Assembly: GCA_041671565.1 (NCBI GenBank)
Contig: JBAZBH010000004.1
Location: forward strand, 9,308-73,307
Direction: 5' to 3'
DNA from: Patescibacteria group bacterium
GTDB taxonomy: Bacteria; Patescibacteriota; Patescibacteriia; JACRDY01
DNA: 64,000 nucleotides
This document shows, piece by piece, positions 9,501-19,091 of the stretch. Position numbers and translations under genes: made by a program. Numbering within the stretch: position 1 is the first letter of the stretch; every line of letters begins with the position of its first letter. A model generated the notes under the pieces. That model had not been told where the DNA came from. It worked only from the letters and a program-made list of their open reading frames with translations, and did no database searches.

Positions 9501-12500
9501 GGCGAGGTTCCCGGCGGGCCGCTGGTGTTGAATGTTAATTATAAGGTTAGCGTCAAGCGCCGGAACGACGGAGCCGAGAGCAATGCCGTGACCTTTTCCA
9601 CGGTTGATCGGGCGCTTAGCCCGGGCATTTGCCGCCTGAATCCGGACAACGGCCCGGAGGGCACGCCGGTTTACGCGTTGGGTGAAAATTTTGGCGCTTC
9701 CGATGAAGAGAAGAACGGATTTTTATTCTTTTCTTTAACTAAAGCTGATAATGTCGCCCGTGCCGGAGTGCCGCTCTGGGGCGATACCGCGGCTAAAGTT
9801 TTTGTGCCAGCGGAAGCCAATACCGGACCGGCTTATCTTTATAATCAAGGCTATTTTCCTTATACCGGCAAAAGCAATGAGGTTGGTTTCCGGGTCGGCG
9901 CCTGCACCCAAAATCTTTGCAATAATTATCCTGATGGCCTGGCCTGTAATAGCGGTAATCGCGGTCAACACGCGCCGGACGGCGCTCGCTGTTGGCTGTG
10001 TCTCGCTAACGGCTGGGAGTGGGATTACACGGCCGCGGATTGCAGCAGTCAGTTTAAAGATTGTTGCGATGACGGCGTTTGTTTAGATAAAAAATCCACT
10101 AACCCTCAGCCTTGCGCCACCCGCGGCAACAATTCTTCGCTTGCCTGGGCGTTTTCGACTGGTGAGATACCGGTTTATCCCCGCGTGGTGGAGGAGTGCA
10201 CTCAGTCGCTAAGTTGCAATCAAGCTAATCTGCCCAGCCCCAGCCCTTGGACGCCGGATTTTGACATTGATCGGGAATATGAGCTGGCTTGCAGTAACTC
10301 GGTAATTACCGCCCGTTTTACCGCGCCTATGAAACCGACTTCTTTTATTTATTTGACGGCGAGAAGTCCAGATGTCTATAAAGATGGCACTGGCGCCATT
10401 CAGCCAGCGTCAGCCACGGCCACGGTTGAAGTTAAAAAATGCGTAACCGCGGTGGTGGTTGATAATCATTTTATTAGTTGCAGTAACTGGGATAATCCGC
10501 TGCCGGGCGAACCGGAAATGCCGCCCAGCCCTGATAGTTTTCAATTTTATCCCGGCAGTAAAGCCGTCGGCACGGCGTTAGACCCTGATAGCTGGTATCA
10601 AGTGACACTTTTTGGCCGGCCGGCCGGGCAGACAAGCGGGGGACTGGTGGGGGTGAATGACTATCCGTTGCAGCAGAATTATGTTTGGCAATTTAAAACC
10701 CGTTCGGCTGCTGACGAGCCTTGCAAGGTGGGCTGTGTGACTGTGACGCCACCCAGTGTCACCGCCAGATTTTTAGGGCCTCTTCATCATTATAGCGCCG
10801 ATGGGATTGAGGGCGATCTTTGGTATCACCAGGCCTTTATTAGCGCCGAAGATAGCCCCTGTAATTTAATTAATGCCAGCGCTTATGGTTGGCTCTGGTA
10901 TGCGACTCAAAATGAGTTTATTAGGAAAGGTGCACGGGTAAACCATATCGCCTATAATCGGGTGAATGGCGCGCCGGATAAGCAGTTGGTTACCGCCCAG
11001 TTTGAGACCGCCGGTTTGCCAGTATTGTTGTGGGCCGAAGAAACATCTAGTCATCATAAAAATAAGGGCGATGTGTATGTCGATCTGGTTGACCCGCAGA
11101 TTATCGCCCGCTGGCCGGATTGTGGCACGGCTTGCGTTAACGCGCAGATTGGCGCGGCGTTTAACACCGAGATGGTCGCAAACGATTTTGATAGCGCCGA
11201 TACGGTTCAACTATTTTCCTGCGGCACTGATGCCACTTGTTCCGGCGTTATGGCCAGCGTGCCAATCAGCGATGTTTTTTATCAAGATCAAGACCAGCGC
11301 GCAACTTTACCGCCCGGCCATTATTTTCACGAATTAACCTTTAACGCCTCGGCGGCGCTCCTACCTAACATCTATTATCGGGTGGTGATCAAAAATACGG
11401 TTCAGAGCGTTGACGGCGTCTTTTTGACCATACCCAATGCCGCTGATCGTTATGACAGCAATCCGCAGGATGGCAATGTTGACGGTTATAGCTGGATTTT
11501 CAAAACTAAAAATGATTTTAACCTTTGCGCGATCGGTCGGGTGGCGGTGTCGCCCGCGGCGGCCAAACTGATTTGGATACCGGATTACCAGTTTTTTGGC
11601 GCGCAGGCTTATGGCTTTCCTGATGATTGCAACCAGTATGGCCAACGATTGGTTAATAGCTCTTACGCTTGGGATTGGGCGGCGACGGATAAAGCTAATG
11701 AACCACCATACGAAAATCCGGTGGCCAGAATTTCTCAGGTGCCGGCAGTCGGTTGCGGCAACGGCCTGATCAACCGCGGCGAGGACTGCGACGCTGGCCC
11801 GCGGAACGGCTTAGTTGGCAGTGGTTGCACGACCCAGTGTTTACATACCGGCAGTGTGGCTGGCGGCACTTGTCGTAATGGCGTGGTGGATGTTGGCGAG
11901 GAATGTGATTATGGTGAATTGGTAAATAATGATGATGACAGTACTAATTATAGCTTAAAATATTGTGATTCCGTCACTTGTTTGCGGTTGGGTAACGGCA
12001 ATAGCGGCACGGTTTGCGGCAACGGCCTCTTGGAGCCTGGCGAAGCGTGCGACACACTCTTTGAACCCAATGGCGATGATAGCGATGGTTGCACTGACCA
12101 CTGTACTCATTCTGGTAGTTTGCCGCTAGCCGCTGGCGGCACTTGCGGCGACGGCCGAGTGGGTCTGGGTGAGGAATGTGAAAGTTGTCTGGTGTGCCAA
12201 GGGGGGACGGCAGCTAATAACTGTTCGGCTAAAGAGCCAACCGCGGCGGCTTGCATCATGCCTTGTTCAGTGCGGACAGCCACTACACCTTACTGGGAAT
12301 GCACGGGGGCGACTGGTTGTTCGGCTAAAGGTGAAACCTCTTGCCGCGCTGACAATGCCTGTGTCTGGACCAGAAGAACTTTAGCCTGCGAGACACCGAC
12401 GGCATCCAGCGAGGGTTGTTACACTAATTGTTTATTACTAAATGGCGATTTGTATAAATATTCCGGCAGTAATTATTCAACTTCTATGTCGGTTTGCCAT

Positions 12501-15500
12501 AACGGTCTGGTGGAAATCGGCGAGGAGTGCGATTTGGGGCTGCCAATCAATATTGGCGGCGCGGATAATTATAGATTAAATCAGTGTAACTCTGCCAATT
12601 GTTTGAATGCCGGCGCTCCAATTTTAACAACTTATGCGCCGGCCGGCCCGTTTCAGATTGCCACTTCGGTTAATGAAGGCTTTTCTGAAATCACCGCGGC
12701 GGCCGGCGGGTTTTGCGCTAGCGACCACAGTAAAGCTTGCGTAGCCAATTTTGATTGTCCGGTTAATGACACCTGCGACATTAGCCTCCAAAAGAAGAAT
12801 GACCCGGTGTCCGAACTGGAAGTGGTCTGCCATCTGGCCGCTGAAGATTGCCCTTATTCCACGCCTAGCGACCTTTTTCCCAGAGGACTAGATAGCAATG
12901 GTTGTTGCCGTCTGCGGCCGCAAGTCGCGGTGATGGTGCCGGCCAATAACCCTGACTCGGATTGGGAGTGTGTCGGTCCGGGTACTTGTTCGAGTAACGG
13001 CCGTAGCGCTTGCCTAGCGGATACTTCATGTTCTTGGACTAGAAAAAATGCGGTTTGCCGCAATACCGTGATCACGGCTTCGTTTAACTATCCTGATGGC
13101 ACCGTTACATTAGAGGCCATGGATGCCAGTAGTTTTACCAAAGATAATGTGGTTTTGGAATATAATAACGGCTTGAATGTCTGTCCGGGAGCGCCGGTCA
13201 GTTTCTTACAAAATAAGTTCCCCTGGATTAAAGTGTTTGGCCAAGATGGCTTGTTATCTTGGGGTTATCACAAGTTAGGGGAGCTAGCCAAAAAGTTTTT
13301 GGGCCAAGACGCTTTAGCCGATGCCCGGCCGGAGGATATCTGGTGTCCGGTCAAGTCTTCAGTCACCGGCAGCGGGGATAAATTGGAGGTTAATCTCTTA
13401 GAAATGTTGCCGGCGAATAAGCAAATCCGGGTGGTAGTGAAAGAAGGTGTGAAAGACAGCCACGGCACGCCGCTCGGTAATTTCAATCACCGAATAGTTG
13501 ACGGGCTCGATATCTCTTGCAACGACCGAGATGGCAATGCTAATGGCTGTAATAGTTTTGTTTGGACCTTTAATACCGGCGCGGATATTTGTCTTTTAAA
13601 CCGAGTAGTGGTTGATCCGCTACAGGCTTCTTTGAACTACCATTTTGACGCCGCCACCCAGCTTGATGGCAGTTATTACGACCCGAAAGCCACCGCCAAG
13701 AGTTCTAACGGCCCGATCCAAATGGTGCCGGGGACTTATAGTTGGACTTGGAGTTGGTCTAAGGGCAGTTTGCCGGACGCCGTGGCGACGATGACTGATA
13801 ATCGATATTGTTCCGAAAATCCGTCGCAGGTTTGCACTAATAATACTGTTGCTTGCGCTAATGACAAAGGCGCTTGCACGGCTGACGCCGCGCCGAGCGT
13901 TTTAAAACATTGTTCCGGCGATCCAACGGTTGATTGCACCGCTGACGCCACGGTTTGTAAACCAAATTGCGTTTCTCACGACCAGCAAAAGGTTATGGCC
14001 CAGCAGCAAAACGGCGAAGGTGTGATCACCGCCACGGCTAAAGTTAATCAGGTTGACCCGTCGCTCGTGAGTGAAACTTTACTGGGCGCGGCTTATTCCG
14101 GCGAGTCGCAACTGGTGGTTTTCTTCTGCAATAATCCTTGGCCGCGGGTTTGTAAACATTATGATGCTAATTCTAACTCGTGGTTAACAAGCAGTCCTTT
14201 AACACCTTGTCAGATTGGTGATGATTTACTTGATGATGATTGCGCGGCGGGGGACAGTTGCAGTTTTGACGCTTGGGGACTGGAAGATTCGTCAGACACA
14301 GCGGTTCCGGCTTTCTTAAGCAATCCGGTTTATACCAATTTTAAAACTTATTATTGCCGCGATGCCGGCGCTGCTGACCGGACTAGCGACGATTTGCCCT
14401 CACTCGCTTTCCCGCCAACCGTGATTCCGCCCAATATACAGCCGCTCGGAGTGGGCGGCAGTAGCCAGCTTCTGCGGCACATGCTCCTGCCACGGGCGAT
14501 TGATTCCTCCTTCTGGGGGAGTGAGATTGGCGGTTCCAGCGACGCGGTGATTATCAGCGTGGAAAAAAATATTGAGCACCTTTCGCCGGCGCTTTGGTTC
14601 ACCGAGAAGTTCGGCGGCGCGCCCACGGCGGAAAAAGTTGACGGCTATGAGGCGGTCAATTCGGGCAACACGCATTATATCAACGCCGGTAATTTTGTGC
14701 CGGCCACCGGGGAAACTAATTATGGCCCCTGCGTCTTGCCTGCCGGTAACGGTGTTTGTCGGCTACAACCGTCGTTAGCTTGTCAAAATGACGGGCAGTG
14801 CCGTGTGCCTAGCGATAGTAGTTGGACTAGTAGAACCAGTATCCCTGATCGGAGTTGGCAGTCGGTCGCTTATGGTAATGGTAAATTTGTTGCCGTGGGT
14901 CAAACTGATATAGTGATAACTTCACCGGATGGCATTAACTGGACTAGTCAAACCGCCATTAATAATACCTGGCAATCCGTCACCTATGGCAACGGCATCT
15001 TTGTGGCAGTGAATGATTCTAACACCGGTGATCGGGTAATGACTTCGCCAGATGGCATTACTTGGACCAGCCGACCAGCTGATTATGGCCAATATACTCA
15101 ATGGCAATCCGTCACCTTTGGCAATGGTAAATTTGTGATGGTGAATAGCAATGGTACTGGCAATCAAGCGATGACTTCACCGGATGGCATTAATTGGACT
15201 AGTCAAACCACGCCGACCCCCAATAATAGTTGGTCTGCCGTCACCTACGGCAATGGTTTGTTTGTGGCCGTGGCTGATTCTGGCGCTGGCGTAATGACTT
15301 CACCGGATGGCATTACTTGGACCAGCCGCACCGCCGTTGATAGTGAATGGCGATCTGTCACCTATGGCAACGGCTTATTTGCAGCCGTGGCAATATCATC
15401 TGGCTCCCATCCTAGAGTAATGACCTCACCGGACGGCATTACTTGGACTAGCCGAACTGCCCCGGCTCAGCTTTGGTCATCCGTCACCTATGGCAATGGC

Positions 15501-18500
15501 TTGTTTGCGGCCGTGGCTTATTCTGGTACCGGCAATCAAGCCATGACTTCACCGGATGGCATTACTTGGACCAGCCAAACTCCCGCTCATAATTTTTGGT
15601 CCGCCGTCACCTATGGCAATGGCTTGTTTGTGGCGGTGGCTTATGGCGGCGGCACTGGCAATCGAGTGATGACTGCTTCGCTCTCAGCCGGTGGGGAAAC
15701 CGATTATGGGCCTTGTGATATTGCTACCGGCGGCACTTGTGAACTCAACTCGTCTTTAGCTTGCCAAAATGATGGCCAGTGCACGGTTCATAGCGGCGGC
15801 GGTGTCAACGATCGTTTATACACCAATATTTACATTTTGTCCCAGACCGAGAATTCTAATTCCAACACCAATAATATCTTCCAACAGTTGTTGAGGAATT
15901 TAACCTTTAACACCAATATCCCCAGCTCTAATACTTGTTTTAAACAAATCGGGGCCACCCCCCAAGAAATTTTGGACGCCGATGGCAATCCGGTGGTCTG
16001 TAGCCAAGATGCCGACTGTTATCGCTGTTCTCCGAACATTTCTGTCGCCAATCCTAACCCGGATAAGATTTGCGAGATTAGTGACGATTGCGCGGCGCCC
16101 GGAACCACGGCGTTGGAGTGTGATGCCGATCGTCCCGGTGTCACCATTACTTGCAACAGCCCCAAACTTAAAGTTACCCGCAATGTCAAACGGGCGGCGG
16201 ATATTCATGATACGCGCAGTCTCCTGGCGGCCTATGGCGAACAGCATAAAGTTGATAATATCAAAACTTACCCGAGTTTAGCCGCCGGCAGTTATCTTAA
16301 TGGCCAATCTTACAGCGCTTGGCCGTCCTGGCAGGCGACGCTGGGCAATGCGCTTGGCCGCACGCTGGCAATTGATCCGCTGAATGCTTTTTATGGTTGT
16401 AGCGCGCCTTATAATTCTACCACTTGCTGGGACCAGAAGACCCTGCGGTTTGCTTGTCCGGCGAAGTCTTACACCTATTATTACAGCGTGGCGCCGGATC
16501 TGAAGACTTATCGGCTGCTGGCTAATTTTGAGCAGTTTAGCACTACGCCGATAGCCGATCTTTGGGATGTGTTTAAAGATTATGAAAGCGTATTGCAGGA
16601 GGTTTGTTATAACTTTGAAGGGCGGAATTTTGACGATTACGACCAGGACGGTGTCAAAGACAGCGTGGATAATTGTCCGGGCGACAAGAATGGCTATACC
16701 TTGCCTTGCGACGGTTCTAATGACGGACTGTGCTGTCCGTACGACGATGTTCGCTTTTGTTGCCCTTATTATAATCCTGATATGCCAGATACTGATCCGG
16801 GTTTTGATGCCATGATAGCGGCGGTACGGGATAATTGCGGCCACACCAGGACCGGCCAAGCCGATACTGACGGTGATGGTATTGGCAATACTTGCGAAGA
16901 TTGTCCGAATGACGCCAACCATAATGACGCGGATAACGACGGCTTATGTGGGCAGGAGGATAATTGCTGGATGATTAGTAACCCAGAACAATTGGATAGT
17001 GATAATAGCTGTCCGGAGCCGCCATTTTATACCAGCGGCGCTGATCCCCAAACTTACGATCCGGCCTGCGGCGATGTTTGCGATTCTACCTGTCGCGGCC
17101 TGGGCGATGATGATTGCCAACAGGTTTGTGAGGGTAATAATAATGTTTGGTTAAATCAGGGCGGGCAGTCTAACTGTTGCGGCGACGATCCGGGTGAAGG
17201 CGCGGTGGGGACGATTGAAACCGGTAGCCAGTGCTTTGACGGCATTGACAACAACTGCGACGGCCGGATTGACGAAAGTGTTGACCCGGACAGCGACGGC
17301 GCCGGCTCCTGCGACCGGCCGGTGGCGGATTGTAATAACGATCCCGCCAGCCGTCCCGTTAGCGGTTCCGATATCTATCCTGGGGCAACCGAAGATTGTT
17401 ATAATAATATTGATGATAATTGCAATGGATTACTCGACGCCGCTGATCCGCAGTGCGCTCTTGTTACTTTTTCTCTTTCTGAAGCCATAACCCCGACTAC
17501 CGATTCTTATTATATTAAATTTACTAAAGATGATGATCCTAATTTTGTCGGTATGGTCGGGGCGCCGCAGGGCGTTTCCTATGGCCTACCCAATGAATTA
17601 GTTTGTTTTGGCACTAATACTTCCGGTGTCGTGCCAGCGCCATACCGAGCCTGCTTTGATAAATCCGGGCAAAGACCATTTTCAGATTTTCAAGGGTTTA
17701 TTTTGCCAGTCGGTAACTATACGGCCGAGATTTATCCAATTGAACCTAGTTCGGCGGTTGGCGATTATAGCCTGACGGCCAGCCAAAATGTTGCCGTTAC
17801 TGATATTTCTCATCCTAGCTGTGTTAATAATAACTACCTTAATTATGGCGCGGCTGACGGCGGACATTGCCTGCCGTGGAGCCATACCGAGTTTTGGGCC
17901 GACGCCTCTGATTGCGCCCTGACTGTCGGGGGGAACCATTATACTGATCCTAACTATTTACAAGCTTGGGGCGTGGATGGAAATGTTTTAACCACGCCAA
18001 CGAGAGAGCAACAACATTGTTTCAATCTCGCGCCGACTGATAAATATTACACTTTTCGGTTGGATAGCGACCATAGTGTTTTAAACGCGCCTTTACCCGA
18101 CTTTGAAAATACTTTTGTCGGCGCTGAATATGATTGGCAAGGTGTGGCTTATGGCGAGAACACATTTGTGGCGATTAGCGCTGACAAGGTAATGACTTCA
18201 GCTGACGGCGCCACTTGGATTGCCCGTAACGGTGGCGGCATGCAAGATTGGCATAGTGTGGCCTATGGCGGTGGCAAATTTGTGGCCGTAGCCAATAACG
18301 GCCACGCTGGCCTTAAAAGGGTGACGATTTCCGATGACGGCATTACTTGGCGGTATGGGATGTCTACCGGAGATCGAGAGGATGATTATCAGAGCATTGC
18401 TTATGGCGGTGGCAAATTTGTGGCCGTGGCTAGCGGCACTGGCAATCGAGTTATAACTTCGTCTGATGGCATCGCCTGGACTGCCCACGCTACTCCAAAC

Positions 18501-19082
18501 AACAATGATTGGCAAAGTGTGGCTTATGGCGTTGTCCAGAGCCGCGGCACATTCGTGGCCGTGGCTAATTCCGGCACCGGCCGGATTATGACTTCAACGG
18601 ATGGCGCCAGTTGGACGGCTTTAAATATCGGCGACGCTTATGATTGGCAGAGTGTGGCTTATGGCGAGGGCAAGTTTGTGGCGGCGGGCACTGATAGCGC
18701 GGGCAAATTAGTTGAAGCCTTTTCCGATGGCGCTAGTTGGACAGTCAATGTTTCGGCTAATACCGGCAAAGTGTATGCCTTGGCTTATGGCGGCGGCACA
18801 TTTGTGGCCGTGGTTGATAGCGCCGCGGGTAAGCAAGTAATAACTTCACCTGATGGCGCTAGTTGGACACCTTCGCCCAACCACACGCTGGATAATGATT
18901 GGCGGAGCATTGCTTATGGCGGCGGTAAGTTTGTGGCCGTGGCTAGTTCCGGCGTGGGCAACCGAGTGATGACTTCTTATAATGGCATTGATTGGGAACC
19001 CCAAGCCGCGGCGGTTTCGCCTAACCCAGTTTATTGGGATCCGGATGTTTTAATTAAATTTAGGTTTACCGTTACACATTAA
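6549..19082 (+). CDS. Giant (4177 aa) surface/adhesin-like protein with the same N-terminal pilin-like domain, followed by IPT/TIG domains, Cys-rich repeats, TSP3 Ca-binding repeats and two BNR/Asp-box beta-propellers
   Basis: N-term DIRVLIANIIRYALGLLGIVAVVICLYGGWLYMTSQG...LAFAIVSLVF. IPT/TIG-like ITEVDPGNGAPGNFITIYGKFFG (x3). CGNGxxExGEECD Cys-rich repeats. DQDGVKDSVDNCPGD / DTDGDGIGNTCEDCPND TSP3 repeats. About 7 + 8 repeats of WxSVxYGNGxFVAV...MTSPDGITWT, where SxDGxTW is the BNR/Asp-box. Confidence 0.8.
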   Translation: MFKKFSKIFLVLGLTAVLLLTAFGVRTALAADATDLGLSYVSNNTILPTGDIRVLIANIIRYALGLLGIVAVVICLYGGWLYMTSQGNEEQTTRAKAVLRDGLIGLAIILLAFAIVSLVFNFLVNATNPGESCAPGDPPRGCNWAPGPNCSGTQRCESNNRWGGCIPNYPIPPECELRDQFYIHHFSPPPYPPVTDPSKIGYWHAIKVRNATEEITFSMAVNPETLFETAPDSAASTAEPAFIVSKTFLSLSGVDYSDHLVMTASKTGNGIEILSNGQNVAPLADGINNFKWAVVKVTGGNWSGDNITVIFRTDQITNQGDLESWLGQHNDIDAGNYTVVNIFAVEIAAAGVGHDYFTEFPPAATYAAGSDPAGSIYLNYSAAEAAQSGSARIKVYNLGITYDPASADPARHLDAVGQQLKDMSEADLKALMLPDKQVAGDLVVVNGTIVAFNPSAPCPAGHETFFCFDQNTAYGVLVLPGVESQTGKRLLVDSAWPDFAYFLTGDKIDTEAPAVTLNMPFEGQGVCADQFNLSPAQSNLQSDARDDTEITRVAYSVYDASGPRGQLPIHYFIDGGTGKIMPNTEALWHIDYPSGGPLPDKYISYGSWDTYGFTFVTPPPPRVTVKAEAHDWNLSVEDSNTVVMRADHCCNGKKDLDETGVDCGGAWCGGCDGDACSLDTQSCQPDPTLCASSFCDPTTCVCRHLPIITEVDPGNGAPGNFITIYGKFFGSQIGQVVFLGAAGAGDDKVAKLPNEINPACGNTWQDEQIVVAVPTGAVDGPIKVVTAGGLEDTTESGPLHQRYPEEVVMTFDVNLTLRPGACLLRPASGKFSEQVDIVGTGFGLGTGTSDKVYFGTIVGPAVANSWTQTTVGAQVPNIAGGQTVAVKVQVGAEQSNGLRFNVTDEGDNNFPQINYLDPVDGNIGQYVTIFGKNFGGDTGTVLFTYNAGSEAQTAWGDFNFPAGCGQTWSDSQIIVKVPPSFLSIGEVPGGPLVLNVNYKVSVKRRNDGAESNAVTFSTVDRALSPGICRLNPDNGPEGTPVYALGENFGASDEEKNGFLFFSLTKADNVARAGVPLWGDTAAKVFVPAEANTGPAYLYNQGYFPYTGKSNEVGFRVGACTQNLCNNYPDGLACNSGNRGQHAPDGARCWLCLANGWEWDYTAADCSSQFKDCCDDGVCLDKKSTNPQPCATRGNNSSLAWAFSTGEIPVYPRVVEECTQSLSCNQANLPSPSPWTPDFDIDREYELACSNSVITARFTAPMKPTSFIYLTARSPDVYKDGTGAIQPASATATVEVKKCVTAVVVDNHFISCSNWDNPLPGEPEMPPSPDSFQFYPGSKAVGTALDPDSWYQVTLFGRPAGQTSGGLVGVNDYPLQQNYVWQFKTRSAADEPCKVGCVTVTPPSVTARFLGPLHHYSADGIEGDLWYHQAFISAEDSPCNLINASAYGWLWYATQNEFIRKGARVNHIAYNRVNGAPDKQLVTAQFETAGLPVLLWAEETSSHHKNKGDVYVDLVDPQIIARWPDCGTACVNAQIGAAFNTEMVANDFDSADTVQLFSCGTDATCSGVMASVPISDVFYQDQDQRATLPPGHYFHELTFNASAALLPNIYYRVVIKNTVQSVDGVFLTIPNAADRYDSNPQDGNVDGYSWIFKTKNDFNLCAIGRVAVSPAAAKLIWIPDYQFFGAQAYGFPDDCNQYGQRLVNSSYAWDWAATDKANEPPYENPVARISQVPAVGCGNGLINRGEDCDAGPRNGLVGSGCTTQCLHTGSVAGGTCRNGVVDVGEECDYGELVNNDDDSTNYSLKYCDSVTCLRLGNGNSGTVCGNGLLEPGEACDTLFEPNGDDSDGCTDHCTHSGSLPLAAGGTCGDGRVGLGEECESCLVCQGGTAANNCSAKEPTAAACIMPCSVRTATTPYWECTGATGCSAKGETSCRADNACVWTRRTLACETPTASSEGCYTNCLLLNGDLYKYSGSNYSTSMSVCHNGLVEIGEECDLGLPINIGGADNYRLNQCNSANCLNAGAPILTTYAPAGPFQIATSVNEGFSEITAAAGGFCASDHSKACVANFDCPVNDTCDISLQKKNDPVSELEVVCHLAAEDCPYSTPSDLFPRGLDSNGCCRLRPQVAVMVPANNPDSDWECVGPGTCSSNGRSACLADTSCSWTRKNAVCRNTVITASFNYPDGTVTLEAMDASSFTKDNVVLEYNNGLNVCPGAPVSFLQNKFPWIKVFGQDGLLSWGYHKLGELAKKFLGQDALADARPEDIWCPVKSSVTGSGDKLEVNLLEMLPANKQIRVVVKEGVKDSHGTPLGNFNHRIVDGLDISCNDRDGNANGCNSFVWTFNTGADICLLNRVVVDPLQASLNYHFDAATQLDGSYYDPKATAKSSNGPIQMVPGTYSWTWSWSKGSLPDAVATMTDNRYCSENPSQVCTNNTVACANDKGACTADAAPSVLKHCSGDPTVDCTADATVCKPNCVSHDQQKVMAQQQNGEGVITATAKVNQVDPSLVSETLLGAAYSGESQLVVFFCNNPWPRVCKHYDANSNSWLTSSPLTPCQIGDDLLDDDCAAGDSCSFDAWGLEDSSDTAVPAFLSNPVYTNFKTYYCRDAGAADRTSDDLPSLAFPPTVIPPNIQPLGVGGSSQLLRHMLLPRAIDSSFWGSEIGGSSDAVIISVEKNIEHLSPALWFTEKFGGAPTAEKVDGYEAVNSGNTHYINAGNFVPATGETNYGPCVLPAGNGVCRLQPSLACQNDGQCRVPSDSSWTSRTSIPDRSWQSVAYGNGKFVAVGQTDIVITSPDGINWTSQTAINNTWQSVTYGNGIFVAVNDSNTGDRVMTSPDGITWTSRPADYGQYTQWQSVTFGNGKFVMVNSNGTGNQAMTSPDGINWTSQTTPTPNNSWSAVTYGNGLFVAVADSGAGVMTSPDGITWTSRTAVDSEWRSVTYGNGLFAAVAISSGSHPRVMTSPDGITWTSRTAPAQLWSSVTYGNGLFAAVAYSGTGNQAMTSPDGITWTSQTPAHNFWSAVTYGNGLFVAVAYGGGTGNRVMTASLSAGGETDYGPCDIATGGTCELNSSLACQNDGQCTVHSGGGVNDRLYTNIYILSQTENSNSNTNNIFQQLLRNLTFNTNIPSSNTCFKQIGATPQEILDADGNPVVCSQDADCYRCSPNISVANPNPDKICEISDDCAAPGTTALECDADRPGVTITCNSPKLKVTRNVKRAADIHDTRSLLAAYGEQHKVDNIKTYPSLAAGSYLNGQSYSAWPSWQATLGNALGRTLAIDPLNAFYGCSAPYNSTTCWDQKTLRFACPAKSYTYYYSVAPDLKTYRLLANFEQFSTTPIADLWDVFKDYESVLQEVCYNFEGRNFDDYDQDGVKDSVDNCPGDKNGYTLPCDGSNDGLCCPYDDVRFCCPYYNPDMPDTDPGFDAMIAAVRDNCGHTRTGQADTDGDGIGNTCEDCPNDANHNDADNDGLCGQEDNCWMISNPEQLDSDNSCPEPPFYTSGADPQTYDPACGDVCDSTCRGLGDDDCQQVCEGNNNVWLNQGGQSNCCGDDPGEGAVGTIETGSQCFDGIDNNCDGRIDESVDPDSDGAGSCDRPVADCNNDPASRPVSGSDIYPGATEDCYNNIDDNCNGLLDAADPQCALVTFSLSEAITPTTDSYYIKFTKDDDPNFVGMVGAPQGVSYGLPNELVCFGTNTSGVVPAPYRACFDKSGQRPFSDFQGFILPVGNYTAEIYPIEPSSAVGDYSLTASQNVAVTDISHPSCVNNNYLNYGAADGGHCLPWSHTEFWADASDCALTVGGNHYTDPNYLQAWGVDGNVLTTPTREQQHCFNLAPTDKYYTFRLDSDHSVLNAPLPDFENTFVGAEYDWQGVAYGENTFVAISADKVMTSADGATWIARNGGGMQDWHSVAYGGGKFVAVANNGHAGLKRVTISDDGITWRYGMSTGDREDDYQSIAYGGGKFVAVASGTGNRVITSSDGIAWTAHATPNNNDWQSVAYGVVQSRGTFVAVANSGTGRIMTSTDGASWTALNIGDAYDWQSVAYGEGKFVAAGTDSAGKLVEAFSDGASWTVNVSANTGKVYALAYGGGTFVAVVDSAAGKQVITSPDGASWTPSPNHTLDNDWRSIAYGGGKFVAVASSGVGNRVMTSYNGIDWEPQAAAVSPNPVYWDPDVLIKFRFTVTH
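14850..15700 (+). repeat. Tandem ~135 nt coding repeats (7 BNR/Asp-box blades) inside the giant ORF
   Basis: Repeated ...tggcaatccgtcacctatggcaatggc...atgacttcaccggatggcattacttggacc... Confidence 0.65.
18128..19005 (+). repeat. Second tandem BNR/Asp-box blade array (about 8 blades) at the C-terminus of the giant ORF
   Basis: Repeated DWQSVAYGGGKFVAV...MTSxDGxxWT units. Confidence 0.6.
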
Positions 19083-19091
19083 CGCTAAAAT

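Noticed and set aside
6582-18515. Numerous antisense or out-of-frame ORFs (e.g. 6582..7103-, 8340..8753-, 16278..16922-, 18198..18515-) inside the 12.5 kb giant gene
   Set aside because: All are embedded in a single uninterrupted 4177-codon frame with coherent domain structure. The antisense ORFs are the usual by-product of a long GC-balanced gene.
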